This document shows, in pieces, positions 52,136-63,619 of a DNA stretch of 64,000 nucleotides. This DNA comes from Octopus sinensis. Lineage: Eukaryota. The translations under genes were made by a program, and so were the position numbers. Position 1 is the first letter of the stretch, and the number at the start of each line of letters is the position of its first letter. The DNA is taken from contig NC_043005.1 of the NCBI RefSeq assembly GCF_006345805.1, positions 80,290,001 through 80,354,000 of the forward strand. The letters are read 5' to 3'. The notes under the pieces are model-generated. The model was not told the DNA's origin, did no database searches, and saw only the letters and a list, made by a program, of their open reading frames with translations.

Positions 52136-53450
52136 ACGGAAGCTTTATGAAAATACAAAAGACGGAGGCAGGTGGAAAACAAACGAACAATTGTATTAGT
52201 ATGGCGCTCAGGAAATATAAATAAAACAGTCTTTAACGTTTTCGAGCCTACGCTCTTCAACAGAAAGATACACAGAGAGAGAAAAACACAGAAAGAAGGA
52301 GAGAAAAAAAATGCGTGCAGTAGCTACGAATCAACATGGCGATCTGATTTCGGCCAGAGGTCAAAGATCAAACATGAGACGCGAGAGCGAAATAGGGGAG
52401 ATAATAGGGTTGATAAAAGGGTTGAGGAACCAGCTAAAAGTGCGTGGGAGGGGTCTGGATGTGTGTGTATGTATAGGGTTGGTGTATGTATTAGTATGTA
52501 TAAGGGTGTGTGTTGTGTGTGTGTGTGTGTGTGGTTTGTGTGTGTGTATGAGAGAGTATTAGTGCGTAAGATTGGTCTGGACATGCGTATGTATGGGGTT
52601 GGTGTATGTATTAGTATGTATTAGTATGTATTAGTACGTATTGGTATGTATAGGTATGTGTGTGTGGTGTGAGAGAGTATAAGTGCGTATGCGGGGTCTG
52701 GACGTGTGTATGTATAGGGTTGGTGTAAGTATTAGTATGTACTAGTATGTATTAGTAACGTATTAGTATGTATTAGTTGGTGTGTGTATTAGTATGGCAC
52801 ATCATATGTGATGTTGATGTGTAAAGTCATGTGGTGTAGTGAGGAGGAGAAGAGGGGGGAGGGGGAGAAGAGGGGGAGAGAAGGGGAGGGGAAGAAGAGG
52901 GGGAGAGAGGGGGAAGAGGAGAGGATGGGGGAGAAGGAAGGGGAGGAGGGGGATGAAGGAGGAAAGAGGGAGAGGGGGAGAGAGGGAGTGAGGGAGCAGA
53001 GGGAAGGGGAAGAGGGAGGGAGAAAGAGGGAAGAAGGGAAGGGAGTAGTAGGGGTGAAGGATGAAGGACTGAAGAAGTAGGGGTCGGGGGGAGAAAGGAT
53101 AGGTGAGGAGGGGGAGAGGGGGGTTAGATGAGGAGGGGGAGAGTTGAGACCAAAGGCGTATAAGAGCGAAGAGAGAAGATTAATCCTGTTCACGGCGCAA
53201 ACGGGAATCCGGATGGCCTCTGTGTAAGGACAAACCGAACACAGATAGGTGTTGCAAGGAGTGACCGGTGGAGCGGAAATGGAGTGAGACCGTGTGTCGT
53301 TCGCAAGGTGATGTCACGAAGGTGTTCCGCGAACCGGTCAGCCAAGCGGCGTCCCGTTTGTCCATGTACAAGGAATTGCAGAGAGAGCAAGAGATCAATA
53401 GATAATATTGCTGGAGGTGCAGGTGAAGAGTGGATGATGGGATAGGGTCG
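52135..53450 (-). mobile_element. Penelope-like element 3' part: GIY-YIG endonuclease remnant, low-complexity spacer, terminal repeat with hammerhead-like motif (52229-52268)
   Basis: YLLISCSLCNSLYM / GQTGRRLADRFAEHLRDI (frameshifted GIY-YIG); terminal UCUUU-CUGUUGA-A-GAGC-GUAG-GCUC-GAAAA-CG-UU-AAAGA. Confidence 0.78.
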
Positions 53451-53461
53451 ATATATATTAT

Positions 53462-53492
<31 letters not shown>

Positions 53493-53951
53493 AACAAATC
53501 AAATTGCGATAAAATACAAAATAATTATAATCACTGGTATTTCCAACACAAGCCATATATTTTCCATATATCAGTACATTGAGGCGAAATATGTGCTAGG
53601 AACACAGAAGCTGGATAAATTTAGTGAAATGAAGATAAAAACGTTTACTAACTCGGTTATTCTCAGACTGCAGTTTCTTTCTTTTCAGCAATAAAGATAA
53701 TTTATTTGCCCAGGGAGAATTCGTCAGTGAGAGCCCTGTTTTTCTGAGATCCTAACTCACCAGAAGCATGTGCTTCTAATGATTTACTCTCTCTAACTAA
53801 TCAGATCACTGCGCAGACTCCGAACGTCCCGACAAAACTAGGGATTTCTGGTATATCGTCTAGCGCTCAAAATTTATCGAGAAATATGTAAACAAATCAA
53901 ATTGCGATAAAATAAAAATAATTATAATCGCTGGTATTTCCAACACAAGCC

Positions 53952-53986
<35 letters not shown>

Positions 53987-54207
53987 CCTACATACATATA
54001 TATATATATATATAGTGGTGTGTGTGTGTGTGTGTGTATGTGTGTGTGTGTATGTATGTATGTATTTATAATTATTATTTGAGGGAATAAAATCCAAACT
54101 TACAAGGAAAAAAATACTAAATCAAATTTCACACTAAATAATATATATATATATATGCATGTATGTATGTATATATATTTATATATATATATATGTATGT
54201 ATGTTTG

Positions 54208-54249
<42 letters not shown>

Positions 54250-55061
54250 CCATGTGTTTACATGTCTGCACATTAATATATATTAATGCAGACATGTAAA
54301 CATAATTTATTATACACTGAAAGTATTATTACATGAAGAAAGCTGCGAAATAATTTCATGGACCGCATCTTCTGGACTTCAGTTGTATGGACTCTATACA
54401 TCATATTCCTCTGTAATGGATTACTGTGTTGTCTGCCTGCCGAGGCCGTTTGAGAAGATTCTATGAAACCACACATTATGCTGCAAATTTGAATATACGT
54501 ATCAACGTATATATCATATGTATTTTATATAAAATCATTCCATTCTACACATTTACAAATGTCTATTTAGATATTAAAATGTGAGTTAATCTGATGTCAA
54601 TACACCTGATTAATGTTTCTCATAAAATTCACAATCTTATCGTTGGTGTTGTTTTTTTTTTTACCGTTCACTTCCACGCCATCTTAGTTATTATATGAAC
54701 AGTTCATGCAGCCAAATGTTGCATGTACCCTAGCACATTACACAGAATATTTGCTGCTCATATGAACACTGTTCTGACGTTGAAAGCATATCGGCCGGAA
54801 TTGAACCATGTGTTTGCTTGCTGTTGTAACATAAAATCTATACTCTTGTATTTCGAAAATTATGTCGTGAACGATAAACCAAACGGAAATTGTTAAGAAA
54901 ATATATAGAAAACATTTTGGTTTTGTGAATGCGGTCTTGTCACAAAGTGATTCCGAATCAACAGATGACTTTTCGTTAATTTCAATATCAAAAATTAGGA
55001 AATAATTTCAACGTGTAAAATTTCACACTAAATTACATTATTCTTAAGAATACTGGTTTCA

Positions 55062-55530
55062 GATATTGGCACAAGGTCAGCAGTCACAACCTTAGTGTCC
55101 AACTGGTTTAAGTGATCTGGAATGGATAGTACTTAAATTCAACCTTGGCGGAATTTGAACTCAGACCTTAAAGATGGACTAAATGCCGCAAAAATATTTT
55201 ACCTGCCGTGCTAACGATTCTTTTCTATTCTAGGCACAAGGCTCAAAATTTGCTGAGAGGGGGCCCAGTCGATTAAGTACCAACTACTACTTAATTTAAC
55301 GACCCCGAAAGAATGGTACTCAAATTCAACCTCGGCGGAATTTGAACTCAGAGCGAAAATACGGACGAAATGCCGCTAAATATTTTCCCTGTCGTGCTAA
55401 CGGTTCTACAAGTATGCCGAGCTCAACTTTGCCTTTCATCCCTATTGGATCGATAATATAAGTAACACTAGTACAATTGGGTTGACGTAAACGCTAGCCA
55501 CTTCCCCCAATATCCCCAGCCTTGGTACTG
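55062..55530 (-). mobile_element. Cluster of SINE family C copies (two minus, head to tail; one plus fragment)
   Basis: CCTTGGCGGAATTTGAACTCAG...GCTAACGATTC twice, then CAACTTTGCCTTTCATCCC. Confidence 0.72.
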
Positions 55531-55861
55531 TTTTAGAAAAATATGTTTCCACGTCTTTTGGCTCTGATCCACTGATAACTATAATAAGAAGCGTTCGAGC
55601 CATGATCAACCTCGCTTTTCCTTCAGATCTGCTATATCCAGAATTGTAGCCTGATGTCTCATGTATCTGCTTTCTCTTTTTCCTTTTCTTTTTTTTCTTC
55701 CTTTTTTCTTTGGCATAATATCATTTGAGAAAGATTGTGCTTCTATTTCTACTCTGCTTAAACATTACATAGCTATTTCCTAGTGACTTCTATTAAAAAC
55801 GATTTTATTAGAAAATTTGTGACAAGTATGTATTTCGTAATAGTATTGTTACTGGCACTTG

Positions 55862-56080
55862 AAAGGCAGCGAGCTAGCAGGCTCGTTAACAGGTCAAACA
55901 AAATGCCTAGCGGAATTGACTCCGGCATTTTATGATCTGAGTTCAAACGACGCCGAGGTCAAGTTTTGTCTTTCATCCTTCCAGGGTCTGTAAAATAAGT
56001 ACTCTTCAAGCAATCAGGTCGATGTAATCGACTTTCTCCTCCTTTCGAAATTGATTGCCTTGTGGCGAAATCAGAAAGAA
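55862..56080 (+). mobile_element. SINE family C monomer
   Basis: AAAGGCAGCGAGCTAGCAG...GAGTTCAAACGACGCCGAGGTC...TTTCATCCTTCC. Confidence 0.75.
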
Positions 56081-56189
56081 TTATTTCTGGCATCTGAGGA
56101 TGTTAGATCGGCAGAATCGATAGATCATCGAAAAAAAAAAAAAGCTTTCCTGTACTTATTATGACTTTACATCCTGATGGAGGAACATG

Positions 56190-56830
56190 GCTTTGGTGTA
56201 CATGGACGGCTTGGTGATTAAGGCAACGTTTCTCAACCGGGGTTTTCCGGAAGCTTAGGGTTCCGCAAAAGGTTCCTAGAGGTTCCGCGAGAAAAAGTGA
56301 GTTTAGCTAGTGCTAATTTCATGATCGTAATATTACTATACATGTACAACAAAGTATTGGTTATTGTAATATTGTAATATGGACTTCATCCTATCTAACT
56401 TATTATATTATAAAAAAAACAATATAACAACCATTGGGGATATGTTTAGTGATATCTGTAATTTATGAACACCCTGTATTTTTTCGTTATTTTCACAAAA
56501 ATTCCTTATAACCCAATGTAGCGGTTTCTGAAGAGTGAAATTCAGTCGGACGAGGTTAGTGATAAACAATCACAAGCTTTGAGTCGTGTAATATATTTTA
56601 AGGGCTACGCAAGGGTAAATAAAGGTTGAGAAACACTGGATTAAGGCGTTGGACTCATGATCGTAAGATTGGGATTTCGGTTCATGGATAAGGCGACGCA
56701 TTATGCTCTTGAGCAAAACACTTCTTTTCACGTTGATCGAGTTCATTCAATTGGTACAAACGAGTAATCCTGCGATGGAGCAGTGTTTCATCCAATGGGA
56801 AGTATATAGGCTACCAGTGAAACCGAGAAA
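56190..56830 (+). mobile_element. SINE family D-like copy interrupted in its tRNA head by a hAT MITE
   Basis: GGCTTGGTGATTAAGG|CGTTGGACTCATGATCGTAAG...CTTGAGCAAAACACTT; V-like CCTGCGATGGA downstream. Confidence 0.65.
56224..56638. mobile_element. hAT-superfamily MITE (415 bp)
   Basis: TIRs CAACGTTTCTCAACC / GGTTGAGAAACACTG; perfect 8-bp TSD GATTAAGG at 56216-56223 and 56639-56646. Confidence 0.9.
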
Positions 56831-57320
56831 CTTACTCTATGCTCCCTACAGAGTAATGTGGACTTACCAACCTTAACATTGTGAGATCGAATAGCGTAGA
56901 AGTTAAGTTTGCTTTTCTTCATTTCGATTCTGAAAAAAAAAAAAAATGAATCATCAGTCGAATGCTAAGATCGATGATATCGTTATAATCCTTCCCCTGG
57001 CACTATTCGCCATGGACCTATAAGAGAAGCCATAATTTGTAGTATTTATTTGCGGTTAAAGTAGTTTGTGTAATGTGTGTTTTTTTTTTTTTTGCTTTTT
57101 AGAAGATTTACATTGTTTCAGCTACTATCAGGAAAGGTATTACTGTTACGCTTATTTCATAGTTATAGGCGCAGGCGTAGCTGTGCGGTAAGTAGCTTCC
57201 TTACCAACCACATGGTTCCAGGTTCAGTATATTGTACTATAACCTCGGGCAGACCAAAGCTTTGTGAGTAGATTTGGTAAATGGAAACTGAAAGAAACCC
57301 GTCGTATATATATATATATA

Positions 57321-57746
57321 TACGTTTATATGAACACCAAATATAGAGTGCACGTGTTTTTATTGGCTAAACTGGCAACTTGACCAACCCCAAATACAAC
57401 AATATATTATATATATATATATATAAAACGAGGGTATGAGGGGTATTGGTATCTAGAAGACCTAAAGAGTGTCAGGTAAGGCTAAGTAACTGCTATGGAG
57501 CGACAGTAGTTGAACTCTTGGTTCGGTAGTGATACGAGTCAGGACTCTAATGTAGGTCTTGTATTGTCTAATATATACACGCGCAGATATTGCTGTATGG
57601 TACATAGCTTGCTTAACAACCATAAGGTTCCGGGTTCAGTCCCACTGCATGGCAACCTTCGGCAAGTGTCTTCTACTATAGCCCCAGACCGACCAGAGCT
57701 TTCTCAGTGGATTTGGTAGACGGAAACTGAAAGAAGCCCGTCATAT

Positions 57747-57829
<83 letters not shown>

Positions 57830-57914
57830 GTTTATATGAACACCAAATATAGAGTGCACGTGTTTTTATTGGCTAAACTGGCAACTTGACCAACCCCAAA
57901 TACAACAATATATT

Positions 57915-57956
<42 letters not shown>

Positions 57957-58281
57957 ATATATATAAAACGAGGGTATGAGGGGTATTGGTATCTAGAAGA
58001 CCTAAAGAGTGTCAGGTAAGCTAAGTAACTGCTATGGAGCGACAGTAGTTGAACTCTTGGTTCGGTAGTGATACGAGTCAGGACTCTAATGTAGGTCTTG
58101 TATTGTCTAATATATACACGCGCAGATATTGCTGTATGGTACATAGCTTGCTTAACAACCATAAGGTTCCGGGTTCAGTCCCACTGCATGGCAACCTTCG
58201 GCAAGTGTCTTCTACTATAGCCCCAGACCGACCAGAGCTTTCTCAGTGGATTTGGTAGACGGAAACTGAAAGAAGCCCGTC

Positions 58282-58284
<3 letters not shown>
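57321..58284. repeat. Direct tandem duplication, ~540-bp period
   Basis: 57321-57745 is near-identical to 57827-58284; identical ORFs at 57510 and 58049. Confidence 0.92.
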
Positions 58285-58322
<38 letters not shown>

Positions 58323-58520
58323 TGTATGTGTGTGTGTGTACCCCCGACGTCGCTTGACAACCGTTGTTGGTGTATACGTCCAAGTAAACTAGCGGTTCGG
58401 CAAAAAAGAGACCGATAGAATAAGTACTAGCCTTACAAAGAATAAGTCCAGGGGTCGATTTGTTCGAGTTAAGGCAGTGCTCCTGCATGGCCGCAGTCAA
58501 ATAAATGAAACAAATATAGA
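58130..58520 (+). mobile_element. SINE family A, full length (additional heads at 57170-57305 and 57590-57745)
   Basis: Head, (TA)(TG)n, tail ...GGCCGCAGTCAAATAAATGAAACAA. Confidence 0.85.
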
Positions 58521-58745
58521 AAAGACTAAAAAAAAGAAGTATAGTGTCCTTTCATTTATTTAATACGACTGGGAGTGAACCAATGTAAAAACTTGGCTAC
58601 ACTTTCTAGCCAAGAGAAAGACTCATTTAGGCGAAAAATGTACTCGCGTTAATCATGGTCATCATGGTAACGGGTGTTGATCGACGTTTTCTTGGCATTG
58701 CTTATATCGCTTGCAAATAGATCTGGTTCTTTGTACAGTAGTAGC

Positions 58746-58781
<36 letters not shown>

Positions 58782-60653
58782 TCTTATTGTTTTTGTCACA
58801 GTTATTCTGTTCTGGATTACGCCAGAAAAGAATGTATGATCATCATCATCATCACCATCATCATAATTATTATAAGTGGTAGTAGAATGAATTACTATTG
58901 TTGTTGCTATTATTGTTGTTGTTGTTGTTATTATTATTATTGTTATTATTATTTCATGGCTAATAATATAGGATTGTCTTTAGCCTTTCTTTCATTTTGG
59001 TCTCAACATATCAGTCCATGACTGCTTCAATACCTATGATGTACGTGACAAAATGCCACTTACTTGACCGTTGAAAAATGAAGAAAAAGGACATCCCTCT
59101 CTCTCTCTCTCACACACACTCACACACGCGGACACACGTATACATACAGCCATGCACACTCGATGGACAACTGCCCATAACAATTGAATAAACAGCCTCT
59201 CAATAAGACTACTATTGACACTATATTTTAACTACAATGCTTCACACGCACACATACTACCGCACTGTCTCGCCCTCACACACTGACCTCCTCGAATACA
59301 CGCATTCATACATGTTACTGGTTGTAGTAAAGTTGCTGGCATTTTTTCTTCTCGTTTCTCTCTTTCCTATTTTCTCTTTTGTTAATTTTTGTTAATAATG
59401 TTGTTGCTGTACTTATTCTTGTGGTTGTGGGGTTGTTGCTATTGTTTCTGTTGCTGTTTTCATTAATTTTTCTTTTTTCTTTTTTTTTATCAGTTTTGTG
59501 TGTTGTGTTGATGTTAATACGGGGCAGGGGGGGAGGATAATATAGGAAAGATCTGTTTTTTTGTTATCATTTTTTGGGGAGAATTTTTGTTGATTTTCTT
59601 TCGCTTTTTTTTTCTTCTGTGCTTGTTTGTCTCTGTGTGTATGTGTATGTGAGTGTGTACGAGTCTGTGTATGTGTGCATAAGTCTGTGTGTGTGTGTGT
59701 ATGAGTCTGTGTGTGTGTATGAGTCTGTGTGTGTGTATGAGTCTGTGTGTGTGTTTTGTCTTCTACTCACCCATGCCATGCATTCATCGTTTCATAGACA
59801 CGTCAATAGAAAGGCCTTAGGTAGAAGTAATATAAAAGACCAGAAATACTGGCACATATTAAAACAGAAAATAAAAGAGACAAAGACTAGAGAGAGAGTA
59901 AAAAGAATGAATGAATGAAAGGCAGGACAAAGCAAAAAGAAAGTACATTGAATGAGAGTGTGTTTAAACGCATGAGACATTTCCAATGGAATATAAAAGA
60001 GAAAATATATAGTTGGTTACGCCAGGAGCCATCAGTCATTATCATTTAGTCATTGGTTTTCAATTTTATTCCGATTTTCACGATACGTCTTTCATTGGCT
60101 TGTTTGCCGATTTTTATCTTTTTTGTTCTGATTTACACATATGTTATTAGTTTCGCCATTGTTGCCTTCTGTTTCTTTTCTTCCTCCGTCTTCTTCTATT
60201 ATTTCGTTTAACCTTTTCTTTCTTTTCGTTCGTTCCCTCTCTTTATTTCCTTTCCGCTGTCCCTCCTCAATTTTTCATGAAACATGCTTTCTATTTTTTT
60301 TTTCCCTAATCATTATCCTCTTTTTATTGTACGCAATAGATACAAATCCTGCTACAGCGAAACTTATCACAGCTATTACCGTCATAAGCACCACTACATT
60401 TGCTGCTACCAATACTAGGACCATCGCTATTATTGTTCTTTTTTTCTTGGTGTGTCATAAGCTGCTTGCGAAAACAGTGTTAGACTACACGTGTCTCAGC
60501 AATTAGTTTCGTCCTACCCGCTACGGGTTCGTATGACAAATTAAGACGTTCTAGAGTCTATGTAATAAATACCAATGATTTAGTTGGGTGAAGTAATAGG
60601 GTGTGATGCCCCATTTAATAAATGAATAATATACTGAAATAAGAAAAAGATAG

Positions 60654-61020
60654 GATCTTTTCGGTTTGAACGGCAGTTTTTTCTAGCGATGTCATATGAA
60701 ATTTTCTGTTTTAGGGTTAGGGGTAGGGGGAAGGGTATCTATTTTTCTTTACAAATGTAAATAAATCCAATCTGTTTCTTAAACGATGGACATATTCATA
60801 CAGCACAGAATGTTTTTTACCTCAATAGACGTCAGTGATTGGTTGAAATTGCTGAAATTGAAGAAAACAACAACAAACTACATTTACAAACTATAGAATT
60901 TTCTCAATAAAGCCAAGAGAAAAATATGTTTTATAAACACATTCTACCAGTATACGAAGTTTAACATTTTTTAGTTACCTACAAATTATGTTAAAAACTG
61001 CCGTTCAAACCGAAAAGATC
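60654..61020. mobile_element. MITE with internal TTAGGG units, copy 2
   Basis: Same TIRs and interior as 50479-50884. Confidence 0.85.
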
Positions 61021-61199
61021 CAAAAGATATAGTTATTTATGGATGGCAAAGTAAAATAGACGAGTTTTCAAGAATTTATATGCCTCGTTTCGTTTTCATG
61101 TTGCTGGTTTCGCACTTTCGATAATTTAATACAGATATGCAACACATACTTTTCTTAGATCTTTGCAGTGAAATAGATTCCAGGCTTATTCAATTTTTT

Positions 61200-61521
61200 A
61201 ATTTATTTACGCGCCCTTTTCAAGCCTAGCCAGGCTCATGGGCCCGGTTTCCTGGTTTCTATGGCGTATGTGTTTCCCCGCCCCCACTAGCTGGACGAGA
61301 CGCCAGTCCATCGCAGCGTTACTCAAGAAACAGGAAGAAAGAGTGAGAGAGAAAGTTGGGGCGAAAGAGTACAAAAGGGGTCGCCACCCCCTGCCGGAGC
61401 CTCGTGGAGCTTTTATGTGTTTTCGCTCAATAAACACACACAGCGCCCAGTCTGGGAATTGAAACAGCGATCCTCCAGCCGCGAGTCCGCTGCCCTAACC
61501 ACTGGGCCAATGCTCCTCCAC
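61200..61521 (-). mobile_element. SINE family B with V-domain-like tail
   Basis: B head; tail GCTGCGATGGACTGGCGTCTCGTCCAG...ATACGCCATAGAAACC. Confidence 0.82.
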
Positions 61522-61977
61522 ACTATTCAAATAATTACTGCTGGTAATTACTGAGTTTTACTAATAATTACAGAGAAACTGTTGGTAAAGCGTAGACAGA
61601 GATTTTTGCTTAAAACATTTCATCAAGTCTGAGTTGAAATCTCAGAATCGTGGATTTGATAGATATACTTCGGAATCATTAATATTTCATGACATATATA
61701 TATAAAAAAGAAACAGCTGCGATCTATTAAGACTAAAAACATCATCTACGCCGGCATCTGTCATAAAAGTACACTGTCACGATACTCTATGGATCGGTGA
61801 ATGTTTGAGAAAAGGAGCTACATGTAAATCTGCGTAGAGTCAGAAAAAGGAAAGGATTAATTGGAAGAACCAGAGATAAATTCTTTACTAATGTGTATAG
61901 CTCGTGTGCGTGTGTGTGTGCGTGTGTGAATGTATGTATGTATATGTATGTGTGCATGAATGTATGTTGTTAGTGCT

Positions 61978-62480
61978 GTGGATGCGCAATGGCATCGGAC
62001 TCACGGTCGTAGGATCACGGTTTCGTTTCCAAGACCGGGCATTGTGAGTGTGTATTGAGCGAAAACATCAAAAGCTCCACGAGGCTCCGGCAAGGGGTAG
62101 TGGTGAACCCTGCTGTACTCTTTCACCACAACTTTCTCTCACTCTTTCTTCCTGTTTCTGTTGTACCTGTATTTCAAAGGACCAGCCATGTCACACTCTG
62201 TGTCACGCTGAATCTCCCTGAGAACTACGTTAGGGGTACACGTGTCTGTGGAGTATTCAGCCACTTACACGTTAATAAATGAGCTGTGACGTCACTGGTG
62301 CCAAGCTGCATCAGCCTTTGCCTTTCCCTTGGATAACATCGGTGGCGTGGAGAAGGGAGGCTGGTATGCATGGGCGACTGCTGGTCTTCTATAAACAACC
62401 TTTCCCAGACTTGTGCCTTGGGGGGTAACTTTCTAGGTACGATCACATGGTCATTCATGACGGAAAGGGGTCACAACAAC
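61978..62480 (+). mobile_element. SINE family B, long form
   Basis: Colinear with 9806-10329. Confidence 0.88.
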
Positions 62481-62700
62481 AATGTTGTTAGTGCTACTGG
62501 TTGGATATAACTCTCTATAATCTGGTGCACGGTATCGACGTTGGTGTCTAAAGCGGTAAACCTATCAAGCTAGCTTGGTGAGGAGGGTGGTTTTCAAGGA
62601 CACCTTAGAACACGAAAAACAAAGCCCGTGATAGGACGAATGATGTCAATAGAATCAACGGCCATCGAGCAACTGAGAGTGAGAAGCTCCTACTCTTTAC

Positions 62701-62806
62701 ATATGGCGTAGTGGTTAGGAGCGCGGGCTACTAACCCCAAGACTCCGAGTTAGATTCCAGGCAGTGACCTGAATAATAATACTAATAAAAAAATTTTAAA
62801 AATAAA

Positions 62807-62873
<67 letters not shown>

Positions 62874-63040
62874 TCGAAAAATACCTTAGGGATTAGAACC
62901 CGGGTTCGAAATTTCCCCAAGACACCTGATGAAGGCTGGAGAGTATATCAGGCGAAAGGTTGTGTTAACAACAAGCAAGATGAGGACAAATGTCCGTCAA
63001 ATCTAAATAATGTAAATAATGTACATAATTCTTCATCGCT
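62701..63040 (+). mobile_element. Family E: tRNA-like head, (AAT)n and hammerhead-bearing tail
   Basis: A box TGGCGTAGTGG, B-box-like GAGTTAGATTCC, AAT array 62772-62870, GACAC-CTGATGA-A-GGCTG..CAGGC-GAAA-GG-TT-GTGTT at 62921-62966. Confidence 0.7.
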
Positions 63041-63619
63041 TAGACTAGAACTCCTAGTCTTTTTGTAGAACTCACTGGTAGAAGGAAATTCCAGAATAAT
63101 ACCCATTTCATTCCGAAGCAGATCTAAATGTTGATTATTTCTGGACTACTTGGCTTTGTAGGCGAGAGTCTTAGCAGTGTTGTGCAAGCTGTTATTGATT
63201 TTAAATTCCAGCAGGGTCTTAACATCTAGAGTAAGATAATTTGTCAGTGACGATCATACGTGTACGTATGTATTGTATGTATGTATGTATGTATGTATGT
63301 TTGTATGTATTATCTATGTATGTATTTATAGATATATATGTATGCATGTATATATGATTTTTCTTTGAGTTTTAAGTTCTTCTTGGGAGAGTTCAACCCG
63401 GTCATTAACAAAGCGAGAGTTCTAGGTATTTAAAAATAATTGGTTCAGTTGGTGTGTTGATTGAATTATCGATGCATACACCCAATTGTGTGCATCTATT
63501 CACATAAGAATCTTACATGGATAATTTTTGGAAAATCTTACAAATCTTTATTTTTCCACTAATAGATTGGATTTGGATTTGGAGAATCCACGTCTTCCGT
63601 AAGACAGTATTTCATGATT

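Noticed and set aside
53761-54460. Extending the minus-strand exon chain with 54333-54460 joined to the 53761 exon
   Set aside because: On recount, the available acceptors for the 53761 exon are phase 1 or 2, incompatible with the phase-0 end of 54333-54460.
54310-54470. KVLLHEESCEIISWT resembling an ETS/HSF helix, and a signal-peptide-like MDRIFWTSVVWTLYIIFLC in another frame
   Set aside because: Similarity is brief, both frames stop soon, and splice sites are not convincing.
851-60506. The many IYIY/CVCV/HTHT/poly-L, -I, -Y, -F ORFs in the six-frame track
   Set aside because: They are translations of TA, CA, TAT and TCT microsatellites or SINE bodies, with no coding signature.
62701-62771. 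tRNA gene (also the heads of SINE families B and D)
   Set aside because: No complete acceptor stem or cloverleaf, and fused to repeat bodies; these are tRNA-derived SINE heads.
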